A stretch of DNA of 54,844 bases from Octopus sinensis (taxonomy: Eukaryota), in contig NW_021833879.1 in assembly GCF_006345805.1 (NCBI RefSeq), positions 1 through 54,844 of the forward strand, in the 5' to 3' direction. Shown here in pieces: positions 23,794-36,456 of this stretch; the stretch's first letter is position 1, and each line of letters opens with the position of its first letter. Below the pieces are notes generated by a model that was not told the origin of the DNA, searched no databases, and saw only the letters and a program-made list of their open reading frames with translations. A program made the translations under genes and the position numbers.

Positions 23794-24900
23794 TCAATTC
23801 AAACCGGTTTTCCTCATAATGTGACTTTTCAAGAATTGTAAAGAAAAAAAAATTTTTAATGTGAGGAGGGGGAAAAAAGAAAATTATATTGTTTTTTGCA
23901 AAAAAATAATAATAAATATATACAAAAATTAAAAAATAGGTACTCCGATACATTGTAAAGTCTTTGTGTATCTTGAGTTTAATGAGTGTTCACAAAAAAA
24001 TTACCTTGAAGTATTGAGATCCAATGGGATTAAATCCATGTGTTGTTTAATTTAATTAAGGGTGTCTCTTAAGTGGATGGCAAAACAGGGAGTAGTAGTA
24101 GTAGTTCAGTTCCTGTGTTGTGAATAAGGGGAGACAACTCTATGGGTTTTAAGCTCTTCAATTCGTGTTTATCAATTTTTTGTAATAAAGGGTGTTAATA
24201 AACCTTAAATTATAAAATTATCATTTTAGCTTCATTTGCATTATCTTTTTTATATAATTGTTTGCTAACTAAACATTCAGATTTTAACACTTTATTTATA
24301 TTATTTTCTAATTATATAAATTTGCTTAAACCAATTTATAATTACATTTCAGATTGTTATGTCATATATAATAAAAATGATAGTAATAATAACAACAATA
24401 ATAATAATGATATTTAAAGAATATAAGTTTTAGCTTGAAGTGATGACTGCATGGTATCCATATATATTTGTGTTAGTCCATCCATGAAGAATGAGGTAGA
24501 AAAAAGAAGTATGATCAACGAGGAGTTTGCATATTAAGATGCGTTTTGAATTTTTCAATAAAGAGATTCTCCTTGTTAATTCTCTCCTGTGTGGTGATCC
24601 CGTCTTTACATTGGTAGAAGGGGAATATGTAGAATTAGGGATTTTTGTCTTTAGCGCATGAGTCTATGTGGTCACTCAGTGGGATTTGCCGGTATTCCGG
24701 GAGATTTATTTGTTCTTTATGCACCGCTACTCGTTTACGTAACGGGAGGCTCGTTTGTCCAACATAATTATGTTGGCAACCAGCGCATGTGAGAACGTAG
24801 ATAAGGTTCTCAGAGGAACAGGAGAAGTTAGTCTTTAAACTTCGTTCCTTGTTTGAAGATAAATTCAGAGCCTTCAAGTAGGAAGGGGCAGGTGCCACAG
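23794..24900 (-). mobile_element. PLE 3' fragment with a GIY-YIG endonuclease remnant
   Basis: ORF 24635-24967 reads FSCSSENLIYVLTCAGCQHNYVGQTSLPLRKRVAVH...LSDHIDSC. After a stop and frameshift it continues FYQCKDGITTQERINKENLFIEKFKTHLN. This is a PLE-type GIY-YIG domain, followed by an AT-rich 3' region ending at (TA)n. Confidence 0.85.
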
Positions 24901-24909
24901 TTTGGGCGT

Positions 24910-26220
24910 GCACGCACACAAACGTGCACAGATATACACGCACACGCATGCACGAACATACATTCATACATATATATCTTCATACATACACAGACATATT
25001 ACAAACAGAGACAGACTGCGCTAATCGCACATACATACTCACATAAATAAATCCTCACACGTGCATATACATACATACATTCATGCACATCGCATATACA
25101 TATACATCCACAAACACACATACATACACATACAATCATGCACACATACGTGCATATATACATACACACACATATATACATAATACAGTCATGCATACAC
25201 ATATAGACACATGCATACACGCATGCACGCATACATACACGTACATACACATACATTCACACGTACACACGTACGCATACATGCATACACATACGTCTGC
25301 ACGCATACATACACATACATACACACCTACACACATATATACACGCATACAAACATATAGACATATATACACATACATACACACCTACACACATATATAC
25401 ACATACATACAAACATACACACATACACACACACATAGACACTATACATATACGCATACATACATACATACATACATACATACATACATACGAACACATA
25501 CGCACATGCAATTACTAACGCATGCACATCAACACGCATACATTCACACATATATACGCACATACAAGCACACGTAGATATATATATACGCATACATACA
25601 CCCTTACATACGAACATACATTAATACTCCTACACCTGGACACATACACACATACGCGCACACATGGATACATATACACATGCACACATACATGAGTAAA
25701 AACATACTCATACGCACACACACATATACACATACATACAAACATACACACATACACACATACACACATACACATACATGTATACATAGAAACATATATA
25801 CACACAAACACATATATATACGCACATAGATACATATACACATACTTACACACATACACACATACACACATACATGCACGAACACATACACACATACACA
25901 CATACACACACACATAGACACTATACATATACGCATACATACATACATACATACATACATACATACATACATACATTCATGCACATCGCATATACATATA
26001 CATCCACAAACACACATACATACACACCTACACACATATATACATAATACAGTCATGCATACACATATAGGACACATGCATACACGCATGCACGCATACA
26101 TACACATACAATCATGCACACATATGTGCATATATACATACACACACATATATACACATACATACAAACATACACACATGTACATACATATACACATACT
26201 TACAGCTAAACATATATACA
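24910..26220. repeat. Long cryptic (CA/TACA/CATA)n satellite with internal duplicated blocks
   Basis: Direct reading; blocks near 25075-25260 recur near 25975-26130. Confidence 0.9.
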
Positions 26221-26639
26221 TCCATGGCCTTCGCTTCGTCCCTATTCAATTTCGTTTCGTTACTCATCTTTTGTTTTGTTTTTCTTTATTTGATACTTGT
26301 TTTATTTTAACACTCTCGTTTCTTTTTTTTCTTTCTTCCTTATTGTTGTTGTTATTATTTACGTTTTACCTAAATTATTTTCTTTTCCAACTTTAAATTT
26401 CGTTTCAGTTAATTAAAAATGTTTTAAACATAAAACAAAAACAGTCAAACGAAAGACGAAACGAAACTTCGTCAAGCACCTATGACCCTATTTCCACCCA
26501 GCTTCAAACAATAATTTTGTCTATTTTAAGTGAATAAATAAATAAAAATTATAATTAGGCTTCTTTTAGGAACCCAATTTAAAACGTTCTGTTCTTGTCT
26601 CCATTATTAACGTCATTGTTATTGTTAATACTGTTGTTG

Positions 26640-26900
26640 TCTTCTTCTTCTACTACTACTTCTTCGTCTTCTTTTTCTTCTTTTTCTTCTTCTTCTTCTT
26701 CTTCGTCTTCTTCTTCTTCTCCTCCTTCTTCTTCTTCTTCTTCTCCTCCTTCTTCTTCTTTTTCTTCTTCTTCTTCTCCTTCTTCTCCTTCTTCTTCTTC
26801 TTCTCCTCCTTCTTCTTCTTCTTCTTCTTCTTCTTTCTGCTCCTTCTTCTTCTTCTTCTTCTTTCTTCTTCTTCTTCTTCTTCTTCTTCTTCTTCTTCTT
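26640..26900. repeat. (TTC)n/(TCC)n polypyrimidine tract
   Basis: Direct reading; source of the poly-S, E, K and R ORFs. Confidence 0.95.
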
Positions 26901-27254
26901 CCAATCAGGACTCACGCCATTAGCCACAAAGAATAATCTCTAATTCGAGCCTACTCTAAGCTACTAAGAATGCGTGTGGCAACTTGAAGATCCACCAACC
27001 ACACGCGATAGACTGGCGGTTGCACGGGCGCGAAAGCTACGTTATTATTCTCATTCCGTAAACGATGGCTTTTTTAACGGGTGGAGAGCTGAACCTTCTT
27101 GGGGTACAGAAGATTCGCAATCTAGACTAGGGTCTGAAAGTTTATCACACCATAGTGGGTTACACCATGGTTCCTCTGCTTTGTGGCAGAAGTAGGAAGA
27201 AAGAGTGAGAGAAAGTTGTGGTGAAAGAGTACAGCAAGGTTCACCCCCTCCCGC

Positions 27255-27800
27255 TGGAGTATCGTGGAGCCGAGGTCAACTTTGCCTTTCATCCTTTCGG
27301 TGTCGATTAAATAAGTATCAGTTACGCACTGGGGTCGATATAATCGACTTAATCCGTTTCTCTGTCCTTGTTTGTCCCCTCTGTGTGTAGCCCCTTGTGG
27401 GCAGTAAAGGAATGGGTATTTCGTCTGCCTTTACGTTCTAATATCAAATCCCGCCGAGGTCGACTTTGCCTTTCATCCTTTCGGGGTCAATAAATTCAGT
27501 GCCAGTTGTGTACTGGGGTCGATCTAATCGACTGGCCCCTCCCCAAAAATTTCAGGCTTTGTGCCTAGAGTAGAAAAGACACGTTAGCACGCTGAACGAA
27601 ATGCTTAGCAGTATTTCGCCCGTCGCTACTTTCTGAGTTCAAATTCCGCCGAGGTCGACTTTTCCTTCCATCCCTTTCAGGGCCGATAAAATTAGTACTG
27701 GGATCGATGTAATCAACTTAATCCCGCCCTCAAAATTACTGGCCTTGTGCCAAAATTTCTAGCCAGTAAAAATCGCGCTTAGGTCAACTTTGCCCTTCAT
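27255..27800 (+). mobile_element. Cluster of three to four 5'-truncated family M SINEs
   Basis: The core gaggtcgactttgcc recurs at about 27270, 27457, 27650 and 27780. Confidence 0.85.
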
Positions 27801-27987
27801 TGACAAAGCCCACCTACGTTTAGATGCTTTTAACGAAGTTGACGCTCGGCCCTCAATTGATGATAGCCGTATCAATGTACGATTTTTAAAATAACAAATG
27901 ATGTCCTCTGTTCTCTAATGAAGCATCAACTGATGATGGCCGCTGTGCTCTAATGAAACATGAATTGATGATACCAACCGTTTGAAG

Positions 27988-28264
27988 AACTGCTTCCCAA
28001 AATGGGTGGTATGGCCTCCTGGAGGCGGTGGAAAGATCCGGTGGGGCGTTGAAGAAAAGTAGGGGTAATAATGGGGTTGCCAATGGATGTAAAAAGATCA
28101 AAATAATGGATTAATAAGGTAAAGTTTTATTTGTGAAATGTAATTGTTTTGAACTTGCTGCTGTAATGGGTCTGTATCTATGGTGATGATGAGTGGTGGG
28201 GGACGTTTGGGATGCGGCCTAGGAACCGAGAGGGCGACAGCCCGAAAAAGTTTGGGAACCACTG
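27988..28264. mobile_element. Probable hAT-type MITE
   Basis: Ends (a)actgcttcccaaaa and tttgggaaccactg form an imperfect CAGTGGTTCCCAAA-type TIR; no clear TSD. Confidence 0.5.
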
Positions 28265-28880
28265 GTTGATTAAGTAATGAATTTGATGCAATAGCCCTAC
28301 TCTTGTTTAAAATACTCCTGTTTATAGCTTTCCTCCTGTTTATAAATTCCCATTTATACGACTAATTACTGGTTCATTTATTTCTGTACGTAAATATTTA
28401 GATGCCAATCGTGAAAAAAGCAACGATTTTCAAGCCAAGTAAGAAACGGACTAACATGAACTTTGCAGATACGATCTGTAAAGGGGACAGTAAAAGTATG
28501 TAACAATTATTAGTTTTATCCAAATTCCAGATTTTCGTTTTGGAATTTTTTTTCTTTTGGTGGGGTGGGAGTGGGGATTCTTTTGTTAGACACCAGCTGT
28601 TTTTTTTTGTAGGAAGAATTCAAATAAATATATAAAAGTAATCATGCGCACACACACACACACGCACAGATATAAATATATGGATTGATATTAACGGCTA
28701 GGTGCAACGTGATGCCATAAAGGAAAAATTCAATTGTCATTAAGGGTTACTAATATATACATATAAATATATAAATATACACACACACATTCATACACAC
28801 ATGTACATACGTAGAAAGATACATACATACATATTCATACTCACATGTGTACATCCACATACATACACAAATACATATAC

Positions 28881-28917
<37 letters not shown>

Positions 28918-28974
28918 CATACACACTCTCTTTCTCTCTGTATTTCTCTTTCGTGCTTTCTTTCTTTCTCCCCA

Positions 28975-29048
<74 letters not shown>

Positions 29049-29339
29049 AAACAAATGTCTTTTAAAGTAACCTTTTTTTGTTTTCTACTCTCATCATCTA
29101 TTTGCTTGGAGTGAAGAGGATGAAGCTGGGAGGCGAAGGAAGAGAGCAGAACATCGCTGTTCAATGAATGAAGATTTTGTTCTGTTTTTCTCGTTTCTGC
29201 CAATATCGATCCTTCTGCTCGGATTAGTCTGGATTATTTCTCTCGTGATTTTTATGTCACATGACAAGCAGCCCTTGCAAAATGGTCGCCAGTAACTGTT
29301 GGTGCATTTTTGTCGATATTTAGCTTCATTCGTTTATCT

Positions 29340-29605
29340 TTTATCTTTCACTTATTTTGCTCTTTGGTCTGCAGCCCAGGCTGGGGCACCACCTTCTACG
29401 GTTTAGTCAAACAAATCGGTGCAGGTATTTATTCTTTTTAATCTTGGTATTTATCCTATCGGTCTGCACCAAATCCACTCGCAAGTCTTTGGTCGGCACG
29501 AAGCTATGGTAGAAGACACCGACGTAAAGTGCCACGCAGTGGGACTGAACCCGGAACCATGTGGCTGGGAAACAAACTCCTTACCGCATTTCTTACCTGC
29601 GCCTA
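29340..29605 (-). mobile_element. Family X SINE, internally deleted
   Basis: Tail and head segments match the consensus on the minus strand. Confidence 0.75.
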
Positions 29606-29621
29606 GGTGATGTCAGTTTTT

Positions 29622-29670
<49 letters not shown>

Positions 29671-30239
29671 GTATGTGTGTGTGTGTGCGCGCGCACAAAA
29701 GGAACTGAATTTGCTTTACATTCATTCGTTTCTTAAATTTGGGTGGGGGACCGTAGGATTCACGGTGCCAATTGCCCGGTTTCCATAGCGCATAAACGAC
29801 CGAAATGGCCACTCAGCAAATTTGGTCACAAGGCCAGAAATTTTTGAGGGGATGGTCAAGTCGATTACATCAGTCTCAATACTTCAGTAATACATTCTTT
29901 TCGATCCCGAAAGGCCGAAAGGAAATTTGACCTAGGTGTGATTTGAACTCAGAACCGTAAGAAATGCCGATAAACATTTTGTAAATAAGGCGATCGAAGA
30001 TAGAAAAAATAGGTAATGGTGTGTATACATATTTCGGGAGTTCTTGCTCCTTCTTCAGTACCATATACAACCCATGAACCATCCCTGGTTCATTGCTTAA
30101 ATGGCCACCAAATAGAACGGCGTATCACTATAGGATTGATCAATTTCACATATTAAACTCATTCCTGGCAAGTTTGTACGTACACATTAATTACTTGTTG
30201 GAACGCCGTGTTTCATTATACAACCAGAATATACTTACA

Positions 30240-30485
30240 AGTATATTATTTTTTTTTCTTTACTACCCACAAGGGGCTAAACACAGAGGGGACAAACAAG
30301 GACAGCCAAAGGGATTAAGTCGATTACATCGATCCCAGTGCGTAACTGATACTTAATTTATCGACCCCGAAAGGATGAAAGGCAAAGTCGACCTCGGCGG
30401 AATTTGAACTCAGAACGTAACGGCAGACGAAATACGGCTACGCATTTCGCCCGGCGTGCTAACGTTTCTGCCAGCTCGCCGCCTT
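30240..30485 (-). mobile_element. Family M SINE (young-looking, long-tail subfamily)
   Basis: Close match to the consensus, including the tail tttactacccacaagggg. Confidence 0.9.
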
Positions 30486-31398
30486 TTTCGCCCGGCGTGC
30501 TAAAGGCTCTCTCTCCGTCCCTATCTCTCTTTATATATATATAGAGAGAGAGAGACAGATAGACAGACAGACAGATAGACAGAGACAGTGATTCACACAC
30601 ACATATACAGAGGGAAACAGAAAAGAGAGCGTGAATGAAAGAGAAGTGTGTGTATGAACAAGACAATCTCAATCGAATAATGAAGTCGTAGACAGGCTTT
30701 CACTTACGGGGCTGAGAAAAAAACAGGATGGTCACGGCTGAGACGTCTGTATAACACAGGTCAATTCGATCAACTCTAACACAGTGCTAAATGATAACAT
30801 AATCAATCAATTCTTTGTATTTTTTATCTGTTTTTATAATCGATTTTTTTGTTACTTTTATTTTTTTCAATATTTTCGTATTTGTTATTTTGATTTTCTT
30901 GTTTATATTTTGATTTGTTTATTATAAATATTTTTTGCTTGTTTTTATTCGTTTTATTCTTTATTTACCTTCTTTCATTTATCTAATTATTTTTATTTAC
31001 AAAATATATTTCATATATTTTGTTACATTAAAAGAATTAAACAAACAGTCTGACTATAACAAATATTTGTTATCAAATCTCTTTTAGAATTTTTACAATT
31101 TTTTTAAGCTTTTTTGTTGTTATTTTTCTTTTAGATTTCACCGGGTATTTTAGTAAATTTTCCAATTTTATTTTTATTGATTTTGTTTGATGTCTTTGAT
31201 TTTTAAGGAGTGAGGCTCTACAATTATCTATCACTTTTATCTTCAGTATCTTTTATAATTCCTTTTAATATCTATGGTATTTCTCGTCCTCAGCCTGACC
31301 TTTTGGCCTTCTTTTGCACCCCGTCCTTTCATCGAGAATGATAGCAGACTCTTCTGGTTATGGAGAATTATATTATACGATAAACATTATTGAAAGTA

Positions 31399-31603
31399 CG
31401 AGGTGGTGCTAAAAAGTTTCCGGCAAACGCCTGGTTGGAGGCTCAACCTTCTGAGTTCTTTTATAGGACTTAGGAAAACTGAAGGACTGCAATAAGTGTG
31501 TGAACCTGAGAGCGGAATATGTTGAATAAAATCATAATTAACTGATTCTCCTGTATTTTCTTTTACCCAAAGTCACGAACTTTTCAGCAGCAGCACCACC
31601 CTG
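31399..31603. mobile_element. Mariner-derived MITE
   Basis: TA-cgaggtggtgctaaaaagtt ... aacttttcagcagcagcaccaccctg-TA; same family as 41714-41904. Confidence 0.8.
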
Positions 31604-32004
31604 TACTAAAGACGGACGGTTTCATATTTGTCCAAGCATCTCATCAAATTTTTCGGTTATCATTTGAAGAGGAAGAAAACGTGGAAGGGAAAAAATGCTG
31701 CTGCTTTCTCGTGGATTTGCTGAAAGATGGATCAAAGTAAGACTCCGATGAATGAAACTACTTTCATCGTGGGACTCTAGACTGGAGAACATAATTGAGA
31801 AAGAGGGAGAGAGAGCTGTTGCTCTTTCCCAATTGGACTTGCTGTGAAATAACTTAACCGCAGTTTCCATTTGTTGGTTAAATTTAAGGAGATCTTATGA
31901 TGAACAAGATTACTAAGTCTAAAGATACACGTTTTTCTATTTGTCCAAGCCTTCGTCAATTTCCTCAGGTATTCTGTTTCTCTGATGTCAATATATGGAG
32001 CAGT

Positions 32005-32867
32005 CTAAAGGCAGCGAGCTGGCAGAATCATTAGAACGCCGGGCAAAATGCTTAGCGGCATTTCGTTCATCTTTACGTTCTGAGTTCAAATTCCACCGAC
32101 GGCGACTTTACTTTTCATTCTTTCGGGGTCGATAAAATAAGTACCAGTTGAATACTGGGATCGATGTAGTCCCCTTCCTCTAACTTACCGGCTTTGTGCC
32201 AAAATTTGAATTCAATAATATATGAGGCAGTCTAAAGGCATCGAGCTGGCAGGATTTTTAGCATGCCGGATAAAATGCTTAGCGGCATTTCGTCCGTCCT
32301 TACGTTCTGCGTTCAAATTCCGCTAAGGCCGACTTTGCTTTTCATCCTTTCGGGGTCGATAAAAAAAGTACCAGTTGAGCACTGGTGTCGATGTAATCGA
32401 CTAGCCCCCTCCTCCAAAGTTTCAGGCCTTGTACCTTTAGAAGAAAGGATTATTACAGGCTGACGGGCTGGCAGAATCGTTAGCACGCCGGGCGAAATGC
32501 ATAGCGGTATTTCGTCTGTCTCTACGTTCTGAGTTCAAATTCCGCCGAGGTCGACTTTGCCTTTCATCCTTTCGGAGTCGATTAAATAAGTACCAGTTAC
32601 GCACTGGAGTCGATATAATCGACTTAATCCCTTTATCTGTCCTTGTTTGTCCCTTCTGTGTTTAGCCTCCTGCCGGCAATAAAGAAATATGAAGCAGTCT
32701 AAGGTCATTTCGTCCCTCTTTACGTTCTGAGTTCAAATTCCGCTGAGGTCGACTTTGCCCTTCCTCCTTTTGGGGTCGATTAAATAAGTACCAGTTGAAT
32801 ACTGGTATCGATGTAATCGACTTAGTCCCTTCCCCGAAATTGCTGGCCTTGTACTAAAATTTGAAAT
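32005..32867 (+). mobile_element. Head-to-tail array of four family M SINEs
   Basis: Units at about 32005-32215, 32235-32450, 32455-32685 and 32705-32867, with different tails. Confidence 0.9.
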
Positions 32868-33231
32868 CAATATCTGAAGCAGTCAATCCAACCCTTGAAA
32901 TCTCCGGATGTAGTAGAAAGGAAAAGTGTCACGCAACCATGCCATGCCCTCCTTCAATTGTTAAAATATGCAACAAATTCATGAACAGGGTAGATTTACA
33001 GGATGGACTATTGTGTCTTTACAGAATCCACTCAAAACATAGGACAACCGATGAAAATACCACCCGTAAAAATAATTTTTTGTATCTGTCCTTAATGATT
33101 GGTTTAAAAAAAAAGTAAGTAATAGAGTCGATTAGTTCGACTAAAACCCTTCAAGGCGATGCCCCAGCATGGCTGCAGTCAAATGACTGAAATAATTAAA
33201 AAAGATTATGTTCTGTCAAGTTATTTTCCAC

Positions 33232-33642
33232 TATGTCAATTATTTTTCTTCCATGTCAATTATTTTTATGAATGTAGCATAGAAGGTTTATATTAACCAC
33301 TTGAAAGCACACGAAGACTGTTAACATCATTTAACCACTAATTATTTGGTGCCAAAATTTTAGTTGCACCAACTGTGAAACCGTCAAGCATGTGATTCTA
33401 CTGCATCTCATTTTATTCAATAATTTTTTCTCCCAAGTCAATTATTAGTATGTCTAGTCAATTATTTTCCTCCCATGTCAATTATTTATCTTCCATACGC
33501 TTACTCTCTCTTTTACTCTTTTACTTGTTTCAGTCATTTGATTTATTCTATCGGTCTCTTTTGCCGAACCGCTAAGTGACGGGGACGTAAACACACCAGC
33601 ATCGGTTTCTAGCAATGCTAGAGGGATAACACAGACACACAA

Positions 33643-33739
<97 letters not shown>

Positions 33740-34100
33740 CTTTTCTATCAGTTCCGTATACCAAATCCATCATAGATTGGTCGCCGAGGCTATAGCAGAA
33801 GACATTTGTCCAGATGCCACGCAGTGGGACTGAACCCGGAACCATGTGGTTGGTTAGCAAGCTACTTACCACACAGCCACTCCTGCGCCATGTCAATTAT
33901 TAGTCGATCAAGTCATCTATTTTGTTCCCATGTCAATTAGTAGTCTATCTAGCCAGTTATTTTTCTCCCGTGTCAACTATTTGTCTACGAAGTCAATAAT
34001 TTTTCTCGTATGTCAATTATTACCGTATCTAGTTAATTTATTTTTTCCATGTCAATTATTTTTCTTCTATGTCAATTATTTTCGTGTCTGGTCAAATATT
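33232..34100. repeat. Degenerate 20-bp minisatellite (ATGTCAATTATT core) interrupted by a SINE
   Basis: GTCA at 33437, 33457, 33477 and then 33892, 33912, 33932, 33972, 33992, 34012, 34051, 34071, 34091; two more units at 33232-33265. Confidence 0.8.
33487..33888 (-). mobile_element. Full-length family X SINE with target-site duplication
   Basis: Complete head-to-tail copy flanked by ccatgtcaattatt on both sides (about 33473-33486 and 33889-33902). Confidence 0.9.
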
Positions 34101-34382
34101 TTATTGAAAAATCTACATTAACATATTACCCTCAATAACATGCTTTTAAAAATCCGAAATTCTTGCTATTTCAACGTGTATGAAATCCAGAAGCATCTGT
34201 CTTCACGAAATACACAGGTTTGGCATTAAAAAACAATTGATCCTTGCATGATCTTGCTAAAGGATCATAAAACGTGGCAGAAATCTGTCATAAATCCCCC
34301 GGATTAATTTTAAAGGAAATAATTCCGACCATGAGTTTTTATTTGTTGCTATTATTACCATTATCACCATCATCCCCATCAT

Positions 34383-34417
<35 letters not shown>

Positions 34418-34488
34418 CCACCACCACCATCATCATCATCATCATTATTATTATATTATTATTATCATTATTATTATTATTATTATTA

Positions 34489-34500
<12 letters not shown>
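34050..34500 (+). repeat. Local segmental duplication; second copy at about 38200-38660
   Basis: About 300 bp of unique sequence plus the (ATC)n/(ATT)n tract, repeated with scattered substitutions. Confidence 0.9.
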
Positions 34501-34541
<41 letters not shown>

Positions 34542-34562
34542 GTTATTGCTATCATTATTATT

Positions 34563-34623
<61 letters not shown>

Positions 34624-34640
34624 TTGTTGTTGTTGTTAGA
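34350..34640. repeat. Compound (ATC)n-(ATT)n-(GTT)n trinucleotide microsatellite
   Basis: Direct reading. Confidence 0.95.
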
Positions 34641-35175
34641 ATTTATTGTTAAACGACACTCTGAAACTAAAATCCTATGAATTTGATTTTAGTTCCATTA
34701 ATCTAGAATGCAAGATAAAACCGATTTTGCTTTTAATCTTTTCACAACTGGGCTGGTTGGTTTGTTTGTTTGTTTGTTTGTATTTGTTTGTCATTTGATT
34801 TTTCAAACCGTTCTTTTTTCTTCGTTTTTTTTTTTTTTACATTCATGTTTAGTGTAAGGATTGTGGTCAGAGTAGGGTTTCTTTATTAGCATTTCTTTGA
34901 GCTTTGGGGTTTGTTTTTGCGTTTTTTTTATATTTTTTCTATATTTTGATTCAAAATTATATTTGTTGACAAACTAGAACAGTAAAAATTAAAATGAAGT
35001 GGAAGGCGGAACAGAAGAAATGATAGCCTGATGAATCTCAAATTCAAAATGTGCAATACAAAAATAATGTATGTATATATATATATATATATATAATATA
35101 TATATATTATATATATATATATATATATAATATAATATGATATAATATAATTTTTGTATTGCGTATTTTAAATTG

Positions 35176-35199
<24 letters not shown>

Positions 35200-35220
<21 letters not shown>

Positions 35221-35240
35221 AATATTACACACACACATAT

Positions 35241-35298
<58 letters not shown>

Positions 35299-36328
35299 GT
35301 GTGTGTGTAATAAGAAAACTAAACAAAACAAAGAGACGATTTATTGTGAGATGCTAATTTAATATTTTCAACCGAAAACACGAACTAATAATACTTTCTG
35401 TTGTGACATAAACTAGGCGAAGCGGGAATGATACGAATTATATTTTTGTTTGTTTGTTTGCTTTAATGCTAGAAACGAAAAACAAAACACAATAAATAAA
35501 GTTAATAAATTAATTCTGAGAAGGATCTATTACTAAATACAGATTAAAACTGCTTAAATTAAAACCACTTTTTTTTTTAATATGTTTCGGAAGAATCATT
35601 GATGGCGGCCATTTTGAGACAAAATGATTAACGTAAATTTCCTCTGTTGGTAGGGTTTTTGGGGTGTTTTTTGTTTTTAGTTTCTTTATTGGTTTTCCTT
35701 TTTGATTGTTGCTTGTTTTATTTTTCTTGTATTTGTCTGCTAAATCTTTAAAAGGAAGGTGGAGGCGATTCCAATTGGTGATGCATTGTTGAAATAAAAA
35801 TGCCTGAAATATTATTCGTCTAGAAATAAATCTAATACTGCCAATTATTTCATAGAAATTTTTTAAAAAAACAAGTGCCACGTGATTTACACATTTTTGC
35901 TGTTGTTATTTATGAAATTTAATAATTATAGGAGAACCTTCAAGACATTATCATAACAGGGTTACTTAATGAACGACTGTCTGCGCATGCGTGCGTACAT
36001 GTGTCAGTACATGTGTCAATGTGTATGCGTCCGTGAATATGTGTGTGTGGATGCATTTGACCGTGTTTGTGTGTATATATATGCAGTGGGCTTGTCTGTG
36101 TATTTGTTTATGTGTGTGTAAGTGTGTGTGTATGTGCATGCATATCGGTGTTGGAAATACTATGTATGCATGTGTGTGTGTGTATGAATGCTTTTGTCTG
36201 TATGTGTGGATATGAAGCAAGTTTGTTGGTGTTTGTGTTTGTTGGTGTGCATATGTGCGTGTATATGTGTGCATGTGCGTGTATGTTTGTGTCACTTTGT
36301 GAGATTGAGTGCGTTTATCTGTGTGTTC

Positions 36329-36370
<42 letters not shown>

Positions 36371-36404
36371 TACACACACACATATATATATATATAAATA
36401 TATA

Positions 36405-36456
<52 letters not shown>

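Noticed and set aside
27930-27965. CTGATGA...GAAAC as a hammerhead
   Set aside because: No stem II closing pair, no NUH triplet in register and no stem I.
31988-32884. CRISPR-like repeat-spacer array
   Set aside because: Eukaryotic context; the repeats are target duplications and the intervening units are homologous SINEs; no cas genes.
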